Below, one piece after another: positions 8,205 to 16,385 of a DNA stretch of 17,918 nucleotides; the stretch's first letter is position 1, and each line of letters opens with the position of its first letter. The translations under genes were made by a program, and so were the position numbers. This DNA is from a bacterium (GTDB taxonomy: Bacteria; SZUA-182; DTGQ01). The stretch is taken from NCBI GenBank assembly GCA_040752695.1, contig JBFMGO010000119.1:1-17918 (forward strand), read 5' to 3'. The notes under the pieces were generated by a model. That model was not told where the DNA came from and did not search any database. It saw only the letters and a list, made by a program, of their open reading frames with translations.

Positions 8205-8611
8205 TACGGTGTACTTAGGAATTACTCATATTACCTGGGTAATTTCCTCTTTTCCTTCTCCCCTCTTTGGCCATCCTTTTTCCATCTGGAAAGAGGACCG
8301 GTGTAAGAGAGCTTCAAAATAAAGCTATCAGTTATCTGGCTTGTCTTTACATATATCATTTTATAAAATGCAAAATCTGCGCCTCTTTAGTGCGCATGGA
8401 GAGCGATATTTGAGCTTTACTCTTGAGAGTGCACCCGCATAAGCTGATGTCCTGACTTCTCCTCTTCTCTTTCTTCTTATTATTCCCAGCTTCCGGCATC
8501 TCTGTTTCACCCTGGCCTCCGGCATCCCTGCTTTACCCCTCTGCCTTCGGCCTCCTGCCCCCAAGCCCCCTTGAATCAGGTTAAATTTTCAATCTATCCG
8601 ATAGAGGAAAT

Positions 8612-8707
8612 GCTAAAGTACAGGCCGCGTTCAATACGCGGCCATTTAGCCCCCTCACCCCGGAAGGGGAGATGGCTGGCAGGGAATCCCTGTGGCAGGT
8701 GAGGGGG
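8612..8707 (+). other. Multi-hairpin structured element upstream of the MATE gene
   Basis: Stem GGCCGCGT/ACGCGGCC (8623-8643) enclosed by GCTAAA/TTTAGC; stem CCCCCTCACC/GGTGAGGGGG (8650-8707) enclosing CCCC-GGAA-GGGG and CAGGGA-A-TCCCTG. Confidence 0.45.
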
Positions 8708-8824
8708 ATTCAGAGCGCGGCAGACTCGGTCGCCTGATCCACGCACCCTTCTCTCTTTGGAAAAAGGGGGGAGTGAGGCATTCAGGGGATAGGCTCTTTA
8801 AGGCAGCAGGTATATGGCAATCTC

Positions 8825-10216
8825 ATGAAATTTACCCAAAAGGCGGCCCTCGTCGAGGGGCCGATGAGAAAAATGATGGTCAGGCTGACCGCCCCTATGA
8901 TCTTCGGGACAGCCGCTCTGATCGGTTTTAATATCGTAGATACCTATTTCCTCGGTCGGATCGGGACACTCCCCCTGGCAGCCATCGGCTTCACCTTTCC
9001 GGCAGTGGTAATCGTTACCGGGCTGTCAATGGGAACCGGGGGCGGGGTTTCGGCAGCTCTATCGCGGGCGATTGGAGAGGGGGATCAATATAAGATCAAG
9101 CGTTTTACCACAGACGGATTGATCCTGACCTTTCTTTTGTCAGTCATTATGTCTGTAGGAGGAATTTTGACCTTTGACTCTGCCTTTCGGCTTCTTAAGG
9201 TGCCTCCGGAAGTAATGCCGCTTATCCGGCAATATATGATTATCTGGTATGCGGGTGTACTTGCCCTTGCCTTACAGGCTGTGCTGAATGCCATATTCCG
9301 GGCTATGGGCAACACCATAATTCCCACTATGGTACTGTGCTCAGCCATGATCTTGAACATGATCCTGAACCGGCTGCTGATTTTCGGCTTCGGTCCGATT
9401 CCCAGAATGGATATACCCGGAGCTGCCGTTGCCACAGTTATTGCCCTGGCCGCCCCCCTTCCTTATCCTTTCTGGTTGCTTCATTTCCGCATGCACATGA
9501 TCACTTATGACTGGCCCGGTCTTAAGGCTCTGTGGCATTCATGGAGGCACATTCTCTTTGTTGGCATCCCAAGCGCAATTTCCAATACGATTGTGCCCAT
9601 TGGAGCGGGTGTCATCACCAGGTTAGTCGCCGGTTACGGGCCGGAGAGTGTAGCCGCTCTCGGTGTGGCATCCCGGATCGAAATTTTTACCATGGCCGTG
9701 ATAGTGGCCCTGGCCACGGTGCTTGACCCTTTCATCGGTCAAAATTGTGGTGCCGGAAAATATGACCGGGTGAGGGAGGCGGTGAGAGATACTCAAGTAT
9801 TTTCCCTGCTTTGGGGTCTTGGAATAGCGGTCATTTTTGCCGCGATAGCCAGGCCGCTGGCCGCAGTTTTTAGTGATGATCCAAAAGTCATTTCGGTCAC
9901 TGTTACCTACCTTCGGATCGTACCGGTAGCCTTTGGCCTGTATGGAGTGACGATGCTGGCGAGCGCATCCATGAATGTTCTGCAAAAACCTGTCCAGGCA
10001 CTGACTCTTGTATCCATACATATTCTTTTTCTGCTCATTCCATTCGTTTTTATCGGTTATTATTTATTCGGCCTGCCCGGCATCTTTGGAGCAATAGCCG
10101 CAGCGAGAATAACCGCCGGAATGATTGCGCGTATCTGGTTGAAAATTTTGTTATTTTCAGAGGAGACGCGGTATAGGGCCTGTACTTCGGCTTCCGACCA
10201 TAGCCCGAAACAGTAA
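8825..10216 (+). CDS. MATE family multidrug efflux transporter, 463 aa
   Basis: NIVDTYFLGRIG (conserved TM1 Asp), LAAIG..FP, SRAIGEG, FRAMGNT..P, GAAVATV, GQNCGAGKYDRV; about 12 hydrophobic segments in two repeats. Confidence 0.93.
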   Translation: MKFTQKAALVEGPMRKMMVRLTAPMIFGTAALIGFNIVDTYFLGRIGTLPLAAIGFTFPAVVIVTGLSMGTGGGVSAALSRAIGEGDQYKIKRFTTDGLILTFLLSVIMSVGGILTFDSAFRLLKVPPEVMPLIRQYMIIWYAGVLALALQAVLNAIFRAMGNTIIPTMVLCSAMILNMILNRLLIFGFGPIPRMDIPGAAVATVIALAAPLPYPFWLLHFRMHMITYDWPGLKALWHSWRHILFVGIPSAISNTIVPIGAGVITRLVAGYGPESVAALGVASRIEIFTMAVIVALATVLDPFIGQNCGAGKYDRVREAVRDTQVFSLLWGLGIAVIFAAIARPLAAVFSDDPKVISVTVTYLRIVPVAFGLYGVTMLASASMNVLQKPVQALTLVSIHILFLLIPFVFIGYYLFGLPGIFGAIAAARITAGMIARIWLKILLFSEETRYRACTSASDHSPKQ

Positions 10217-10299
10217 CATTAAACCGTAACATGAAAATGATTATCTGTCCGATAAGTAGCCTGAAACAGAAAAATATACCCGAACAGGAGGCTTGAACA

Positions 10300-10432
10300 A
10301 GGTGTTGCGTGAGATCGGGGAGGGCAGGTGCTGCGTGGAGTCGGGTTGGGCAGGTATTGCAAGGGTTTGGGCCGTGCTGCAGGTATTACGTGAAGTCGTG
10401 ATGTGCGGGTATTGCGTGGGGTTGTGATGTGC
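10300..10432. repeat. Five degenerate ~26-bp G/T-rich tandem units
   Basis: Units start at 10300, 10326, 10352 (29 bp), 10381 and 10407; each begins (A/G)GGT(G/A)(T/C)T and ends GC. Confidence 0.7.
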
Positions 10433-10521
10433 AGAGGTTATGTCAGGCTGCCAGGGAGTGTGTATTCATTATGCTGGATATACCATCTGTCAGCGAAAAG
10501 CATCCGCAAGAGGATAAGCAA

Positions 10522-10917
10522 ATGCAATATCATGAGTTTATTGACCGGGTTCAGAAGCTCGCTGGCCTTGAATCCGCCGATAAGGCGGTGAAGGCCACCG
10601 AGGCCACACTGGAAACATTGGGAGAGCGGCTCTATAGAACAGAACGCGATGAACTGGCTGCCCAACTCCCAAAGGAATTAAAGGAATGCCTATTCAGGCG
10701 GCAGGATACCGAGCGCTTTTTGCTGGAGGATTTTTACAAGCGGGTCAGCGCCCGGGCGGATGTACATTACCACCGTGCTGTGGAACTTGCCCAGGCAGTG
10801 GCGGCTGTGCTTCGAGGGGCCGTTTCACAGGGAGAACTGTCGGATATCCTGGCCGGGCTTGATGCTGAGTATGGCGAACTTTTCGGAGAAAAACCAAAAG
10901 GGCCTCTGTCTCCTTAA
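10522..10917 (+). CDS. DUF2267-like protein, 131 aa
   Basis: MQYHEFIDRVQ...ATLETLGERL...ELAAQLPKELK...EDFYKRVS...AVSQGE pattern; SD AAGAGGA before ATG 10522. Confidence 0.85.
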   Translation: MQYHEFIDRVQKLAGLESADKAVKATEATLETLGERLYRTERDELAAQLPKELKECLFRRQDTERFLLEDFYKRVSARADVHYHRAVELAQAVAAVLRGAVSQGELSDILAGLDAEYGELFGEKPKGPLSP

Positions 10918-10983
10918 TACAGACCGAGTGAATTACAGGACCGGTTGAGCTTGCTCTTTAAACGGACACTTTTAAGAAACGGA

Positions 10984-11016
10984 AAAGGGGGACAGAGCTG
11001 AAATCCGTCCCCCTTT
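10984..11016. terminator. Probable bidirectional intrinsic terminator between convergent genes
   Basis: AAAGGGGGAC (10984-10993) / GTCCCCCTTT (11007-11016), short T runs on both strands. Confidence 0.65.
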
Positions 11017-11110
11017 CAAACCGCCAGGTAACTCAAGCGCAACCCGCTGTAAGTCTTCATGGCCGGCAATCCGCCTGATGATCATTTACCTGTTGGCCTT
11101 ACCTGTGGTT

Positions 11111-13102
11111 TTACCTGCTCCTTTCCAATGTCTCGATCCTCGCTCTCAGTGCATCGTTTTGCGCTTTCAACTCCTTTATGGCCTCGATGAGATAGGCATT
11201 AAATCCGTGGGGGAACGAAAGGGCTTTGATCTTATCGCCTTCGGCTACCAGTTCCTTATCCTTACCGGTCGGCTCGGTTTTCTCGACCCATTCAGGGAAC
11301 ACCTCCTCCACCTCCTGAGCTATAAAACCGGCCTGCGTGGTGTCCTGGTTGCCATGCTCTTTTGGATTGATCCATTGAAAGGTTACACCCTGTAACTGAG
11401 TCAGCCTGTCCAGGGCTCCGGTGAGGTTTCTTACCTCCTTCTTCAGCCTCTGGTCGGAAGAGTCCGTCCAGGTTCCGCCACCGGGTTTGGCTGCCGATCC
11501 TTCCACCTGTAATGTGTAACCCGGCGTCGTCGTACCTATGCCTACGTTACCGGAGTAGATGATAAAGGCATCAGGGGTTGAAATGGTAACCGGACTATTC
11601 GAATGCCCCCAGACAAAGGTTTGGTCTGCGCTGGCATCCAACTGCATGTAGTGTCCTCCTGCCCAGGAATAATCGCCTCCGGCAGTATTGTTTTGGCCGC
11701 CGGGCACGGTGGAGGCATAGCCTCCGGCAGTGTTAAAAAGGCCTCCGGGGATGGAGGAGTAAAAACCACTGGCGATGTTGTTTATACCACCGGAGACGGT
11801 GGAGGCATAGCCTCCGGCGGTGTTGTCGCCGCCACCGGAGACAGTGGTGCTCCCCCCGCTGGCATTATTGTTGCTGCCGCCGGAAACGGTGGAAATACCC
11901 CCGAAGGCGGTGTTGTTTTGGCCGCCGGAGACGGCTGAGGAAGGTCCGTAGGCGGTATTATGGTAACCACCGGAGACGTTGGAGCCAGCCCCGCTGGCTG
12001 TGTTATTTTCGCCGCCGGAGATAGCGGATGAAAAACCACTGGCGGCGTTTTGGTAGCCGCCGGAGACGGTGGAGCGATCGCGGCTGGCGGTGTTGCCTTC
12101 GCCGCCGGAGACGGCGGAGGAAATGCCGCTGGCGGTGTTGTTTAGGCCGCCGGAGACGGTGGCGTAAGCGTAATCCTGCCCGTCTGTGCCGGTTGTCGAA
12201 TCAACGCCCAGATTGACATGGGTATTACCATTCGTCGGTCCGTAGACAGTCGCCCCCTGCCGTGAGATCGCTCCAATGACTTGCAGGGCGGTGATCGGAG
12301 TAGATGTGCCAATACCGACATTACCTGCATTGTAATAAATATCTGCACCGTTTGTTTGCCACGGGGTAACACCCGGCGGTCCCTGTGGCCCCTGTAGCCC
12401 CTGCGGTCCCTGCGGTCCCTGTGCTCCCTGCGGCCCTTGTGGCCCCTGTGGCCCCTGTGGTCCTGCTGGTCCCTGTGGTCCTGGCGGTCCTGGTGGTCCT
12501 TGTGGACACCACCAGCGCCATTTAAGTCCATTAAAGGCCAAAACAGTCCCTTGGACTGTATCTGAGGAAACTTCTTTATTCACAACAGAATTGGCCGATG
12601 CAGCAGCCGGATACCCTATCTCGCTGTTTGTTATCTGCGTTCTCTCCCAAAATCCGTTACGATCTTCCCTGGCCTCCAGCCAGTAATCCTCATCAAAGGC
12701 AAGGCTTATCGGATTGATGCTGCCCAGTATAACCTCAAATTCCGGTGAAGTCCCTGACGATACATTCCTGCCTGCCAGAAAAGTCCCTATTGATGTCGGT
12801 ATCCTTTGGCCCGCTCTGGTGATACCCCTTGACCCTGCCCGGACGTTGGAATCCGGTTTTATCTCGACCTCTTGGCTCTCGGTCCATAACTCTACACCAT
12901 CTTCGTCGATAAGGGAGAAATGTACCATATAACTGCCAGGCGGGTAAGGAATGCCAGTGGCTCCGACAAGCTCACCCGAATAGGAGATAAGTTTGGGGGT
13001 GTCACTGGCGCTGGAAGTACCCTGGGCATACCCGAATGGTACGACGAAGACGATGAAGAGTACGACCAGGATCAATACGGCTGAGTTTCTCAATATCTTC
13101 AT
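11111..13102 (-). CDS. Secreted tail-fibre-like trimeric protein: signal peptide, collagen (Gly-X-Y)14, 15-aa SGG repeats, C-terminal peptidase S74 intramolecular chaperone, 663 aa
   Basis: Signal [32 protein letters not shown] triplets at 12374-12499; two GNVGIGT motifs; [21 protein letters not shown] and [12 protein letters not shown] coiled coil; SD AAAGGAGG upstream. Confidence 0.88.
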   Translation of the reverse strand: MKILRNSAVLILVVLFIVFVVPFGYAQGTSSASDTPKLISYSGELVGATGIPYPPGSYMVHFSLIDEDGVELWTESQEVEIKPDSNVRAGSRGITRAGQRIPTSIGTFLAGRNVSSGTSPEFEVILGSINPISLAFDEDYWLEAREDRNGFWERTQITNSEIGYPAAASANSVVNKEVSSDTVQGTVLAFNGLKWRWWCPQGPPGPPGPQGPAGPQGPQGPQGPQGAQGPQGPQGLQGPQGPPGVTPWQTNGADIYYNAGNVGIGTSTPITALQVIGAISRQGATVYGPTNGNTHVNLGVDSTTGTDGQDYAYATVSGGLNNTASGISSAVSGGEGNTASRDRSTVSGGYQNAASGFSSAISGGENNTASGAGSNVSGGYHNTAYGPSSAVSGGQNNTAFGGISTVSGGSNNNASGGSTTVSGGGDNTAGGYASTVSGGINNIASGFYSSIPGGLFNTAGGYASTVPGGQNNTAGGDYSWAGGHYMQLDASADQTFVWGHSNSPVTISTPDAFIIYSGNVGIGTTTPGYTLQVEGSAAKPGGGTWTDSSDQRLKKEVRNLTGALDRLTQLQGVTFQWINPKEHGNQDTTQAGFIAQEVEEVFPEWVEKTEPTGKDKELVAEGDKIKALSFPHGFNAYLIEAIKELKAQNDALRARIETLERSR
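11654..12169 (-). repeat. Eleven full plus one partial 45-bp (15-aa) coding repeats, consensus xSTVSGGxxNTAxG
   Basis: Recurring (G/A)CC(G/A)CCGGAGACGG on the + strand at 45-bp period. Confidence 0.9.
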
Positions 13103-13429
13103 TCTCCTGATGCCTCCTTTTTATTAGGTATACCGATATTTATGCTGTTCAATATCAGTAATATGAATTACCAGTAATATGGAATACCAGCGTACTCTTT
13201 TATATCCTCAATTTATTCAATATATTCAAGGTATTTTGTGTTTACCACCTCCTCTGAATTTCCTGGCACCAGGGCGTGCATACACAAGTTTGAAAGCCAT
13301 TAAGACTAAATGCGGAGTTTTCCTATTCCCTGGCTTTATATACCTCCGTTATACGTAGCGGGATGGGAAAAAATTATTACTCGAAAAACCCTTAACACTT
13401 ATCGTTTATTTTCTTATTAATATATTATA

Positions 13430-13453
13430 ATTTTGATAATATTATATCAAAAT
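13430..13453. promoter_or_regulatory. AT-rich palindromic candidate operator in the divergent fibre/pcm intergenic region
   Basis: ATTTTGATA-N6-TATCAAAAT perfect 9-bp inverted repeat. Confidence 0.4.
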
Positions 13454-13479
13454 ATGAATTATTCAGGCAGCTTTGCAGG

Positions 13480-13507
13480 TAAAGCATTCGCCCGATTTGG
13501 CCGATAA
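13480..13507 (+). promoter_or_regulatory. Sigma28 (FliA/SigD)-type promoter
   Basis: TAAA (13480-13483)-N16-GCCGATAA (13500-13507), matching the established TAAA-N15/16-GCCGATAA consensus and oriented toward the pcm fusion. Confidence 0.6.
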
Positions 13508-13701
13508 TACAGCCAATCGGGCTATGCTTTTCGTACATTTATGCTTTTTGTACACATGTAGTACACGTAATCTGGGTGAGGCTCTTACTCTTAAGCTCCA
13601 CCCTCCATTATTCTACAGAAAGAGCGTTGAATTTCTGTATACGGAGTGCTCAATTCCGTATACGGAGTACTGAAGAAACCGGAGAGAAAGGAGTTGATGG
13701 G

Positions 13702-15756
13702 ATGAAAGATCTACACATACTTCGCCAGGAGATGGTTAAGAATCAATTGATTGCACGGGGAATCCGGGATCAGGCCGTGCTTGAGGCCATGCGGGAGGTG
13801 CCCAGGGAGGAATTTGTCCCTGAGTCATTGGCGGAATTTGCCTATGAGGATGCTCCTTTGCCCATTGGCGAAGGTCAAACCATCTCTCAGCCTTATGTGG
13901 TGGCTTTGATGCTCGAAAAACTGGAGCTTTCCCCCGGCGACCGCGTTCTTGAGATCGGCACGGGGTCAGGGTACAGCTCTGCGCTTCTCAGCCGGATCGC
14001 GGGCGAGGTCTATACTGTGGAGCGGCTGGAGAGCCTTGTTCAGGCAGCAAGGGAGCGCTTTCTCAGGCTCGGCTATGAAAATATCCACAGCCGCCACAGT
14101 AACGGCACACTTGGCTGGCCAGAGCATGCGCCCTACGATGCCGTTATAGTAACTGCAGGTAGTCCGAGCATTCCCGACCCCTTGAGAGAGCAACTCGCCG
14201 TAGGTGGCCGAATGATTATTCCCATAGGGTCAATTCCCCGGTTGCAGGCGCTTGTCCTGATGCGCCGACTGAGCGAGCATGACTATCGGCAGGAGAATTT
14301 CGGTACGGTTCAGTTTGTGCCCCTGATTGGAGCTGCAGGCTGGGGAGAGCCCCGGAATGAGCCCGAAGAGCATGAATTACAGATGGCGGAGCCCCAAGTC
14401 AGACTCCAGCCGGAAGCCCCTCCACAATACCTCTCCGAACTCATCCGCAAGTCCGCCGAACCTATCTACTCCATTGTCCGGCCTGACCTCAGTGGCCTGC
14501 TCAACAGGATCGGCTCTGCACGGCTGGTCCTCATGGGTGAGGCAAGCCATGGAACGGCCGAATTCTACGAGCTGCGGGCCAGGATCACCCAGGAGCTTAT
14601 CATCCGAAAAGGCTTTACCATCGTGGCAGTAGAGGCCGATTGGCCGGACGCTGCCTGGATTAACCATTACATACAGGATACTCCCGCTACCCTTGCCCTT
14701 TCCGAGGAAAGGCCCTTTTCTCGCTTCCCCGGCTGGACGTGGGCAAATACCAGCATGCTGAGCTTTATTGAATGGCTGAGGCATTATAACCAGACCATCG
14801 GGTCAGTGGAGCAGACCATTGGATTTTACGGCCTTGACCTTTACAGCCTCTATTCCTCCATCGCTGCTGTTCTCAGATACCTGGACAGCGTGGACTCCGA
14901 GACAGCCCGCATTGCCAGACAGCGCTATGGCTGCCTTTCTCCCTGGGAGCACGACCCGGCTGCCTATGGTGCGGCGGCTTTGAGCGATCGATATAAGGAA
15001 TGTGAGTCAGAAATGGTTGCCATGCTGCAGGACCTCATGAGAAAACGGATGGAGTATGCAGCCCGGGACAGCAGGTTTTTTTTCGATGAGGTTCAGAAGG
15101 CTCGCCTGATAGCCAATGCCGGGCGCTACTATCGCCTTATGTACTACGGCAGCGTATCTTCCTGGAACCTGCGGGACCATCACTTGTTCGAGACACTCAA
15201 GATGCTTCTCGACGTCAGCGGGCCTTCGAGCCGGGCCGTGGTCTGGGCTCACAACTCCCATCTTGGTGATGCCTCAGCCACGGAAATGGGTGCTCAGGGC
15301 GAATACAACGTAGGCCAGCTCTGCCGGAAAGCTTTCGGCGAGGAGGGTGTTTATCTGATCGGTTTTGGCACGGATCATGGCACCGTAGCCGCTGCCTCGA
15401 ACTGGGACGGACCAATGGAGGTTATGAATGTCCGGCCCGCACACCCGGAAAGCTATGAGCGGCTTTGTCACGACTCCAGGGTCGAAGCTTTCTTCCTGCC
15501 CCTTAAAAGCCCGTCTCCGGCTCACTCCCTGACTCCCCTTAAGGAGCAACTCAAGCAAGGGCTTCTCATACAGCGGCTTGAGCGTGCCATTGGCGCGGTC
15601 TATCGCCCCGAAACCGAAATCCTGAGCCACTATTTCCATGCCTCGCTCCCCAGGCAGTTCGATGAATATGTCTGGTTCGACGAAACAAGGGCAGTCACTC
15701 CGCTGGGGCCTGAGGCGGCCCGGGGCATGCCCGAAACCTTTCCCTTTGGGGTTTAG
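13702..15756 (+). CDS. pcm: Protein-L-isoaspartate O-methyltransferase fused to an erythromycin esterase (EreA/EreB-like) domain, ~684 aa
   Basis: VPREEFVP, AYEDAPLPIGEGQTISQP, VLEIGTGSGY, APYDAVIVTA, FVPLIG; then LMGEASHGT.EFY, VEAD, FYGLDLYS, WAHNSH, ERAIG.VY, QFD; SD AAAGGAG before ATG 13702. Confidence 0.92.
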   Translation: MKDLHILRQEMVKNQLIARGIRDQAVLEAMREVPREEFVPESLAEFAYEDAPLPIGEGQTISQPYVVALMLEKLELSPGDRVLEIGTGSGYSSALLSRIAGEVYTVERLESLVQAARERFLRLGYENIHSRHSNGTLGWPEHAPYDAVIVTAGSPSIPDPLREQLAVGGRMIIPIGSIPRLQALVLMRRLSEHDYRQENFGTVQFVPLIGAAGWGEPRNEPEEHELQMAEPQVRLQPEAPPQYLSELIRKSAEPIYSIVRPDLSGLLNRIGSARLVLMGEASHGTAEFYELRARITQELIIRKGFTIVAVEADWPDAAWINHYIQDTPATLALSEERPFSRFPGWTWANTSMLSFIEWLRHYNQTIGSVEQTIGFYGLDLYSLYSSIAAVLRYLDSVDSETARIARQRYGCLSPWEHDPAAYGAAALSDRYKECESEMVAMLQDLMRKRMEYAARDSRFFFDEVQKARLIANAGRYYRLMYYGSVSSWNLRDHHLFETLKMLLDVSGPSSRAVVWAHNSHLGDASATEMGAQGEYNVGQLCRKAFGEEGVYLIGFGTDHGTVAAASNWDGPMEVMNVRPAHPESYERLCHDSRVEAFFLPLKSPSPAHSLTPLKEQLKQGLLIQRLERAIGAVYRPETEILSHYFHASLPRQFDEYVWFDETRAVTPLGPEAARGMPETFPFGV

Positions 15757-16029
15757 TGCCCCTGGTAAAACTGCGCTACTTTGTCAATCGAATAGTGAGG
15801 GGTAACTGGATTCCAAGCTTTCGCGGAAGTGTATTACTTAATTAAGAGGATTCAAGATACGGCTCATTACATAAATCTCCACATGAGATTGATTGTTTTT
15901 TCAAAACGACTTTTTTCTTGTAATTAGTTAAATTAGCTTGTAAACTTTCGCTCGATAGTTTTATCGATTAGGAGAAATTGAGGATAGATCTAAAACCTTT
16001 CAATATCGCTATCCATAAGGAAAGTTCAG

Positions 16030-16236
16030 ATGAATGAGATTATCTTTTTAGTAGAAGAAAAACCGGAGGGTGGGTATACTGCTCGTGCTTTAGGGGAATC
16101 AATTTTTACCGAAGTCGATGATATACAACATTTGCATGATATGGTAAGGGATGCCGTGCATTGTCACTTTGAAGAGGGACAAGCACCCAAGATCATTCGC
16201 TTACACTTTGTGAAAGAAGAAATCATTGCCTTATGA
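16030..16236 (+). CDS. hicB: HicB-like antitoxin (short form without DNA-binding domain), 68 aa
   Basis: EIIFLVEE.PEGGYTARALGESIFTE.D....L...VRDAV.CHF pattern; ATGA overlap with the downstream hicA-like ORF. Confidence 0.75.
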   Translation: MNEIIFLVEEKPEGGYTARALGESIFTEVDDIQHLHDMVRDAVHCHFEEGQAPKIIRLHFVKEEIIAL

Positions 16237-16385
16237 GGCTTCCACATGCGATATCAGCTAAAGAATTAGTCAAAGCATTAGAGCTTGTTGGCTATCAGGT
16301 CACACGACAGACAGGTAGTCATATTCGCTTGACTTGTAGTCATCCCACGCAGCACCATGTTACTATTCCTCGCATGGTCATGTAG
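16233..16385 (+). pseudogene. hicA: HicA-family mRNA interferase toxin, C-terminally truncated (50 aa)
   Basis: My translation: MRLPHAISAKELVKALELVGYQVTRQTGSHIRLTCSHPTQHHVTIPRMVM*. The GSH motif and VTIP are present, but the final helix that normally follows is absent. Not in the ORF track. Confidence 0.8.

Noticed and set aside
10300..10432. CRISPR array (also considered for 3757-3896 and 11654-12169)
   Set aside because: Units are contiguous and degenerate with no unique spacers, no cas genes are present, and the 45-bp repeats are protein-coding.
11654..12169. Diversity-generating retroelement template/variable repeat (AAC-rich repeats in a fibre gene)
   Set aside because: No reverse transcriptase and no separate non-coding template copy; differences between units are not adenine-specific.
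11111..13102. Prophage or tailocin remnant
   Set aside because: No other phage structural or integration genes nearby, and the protein carries a Sec-type signal peptide.
13264..13280. Sigma54 promoter TGGCAC...TGCA
   Set aside because: GG-to-GC spacing is 11 nt, not the strictly required 10.
13433..13450. FNR box TTGAT...ATCAA
   Set aside because: The spacer is 8 nt rather than 4.
16030..16236. 2-oxoisovalerate dehydrogenase subunit (a label often propagated to this small family)
   Set aside because: 68 aa is far too short for that enzyme; the sequence pattern and coupling to hicA indicate a HicB-like antitoxin.
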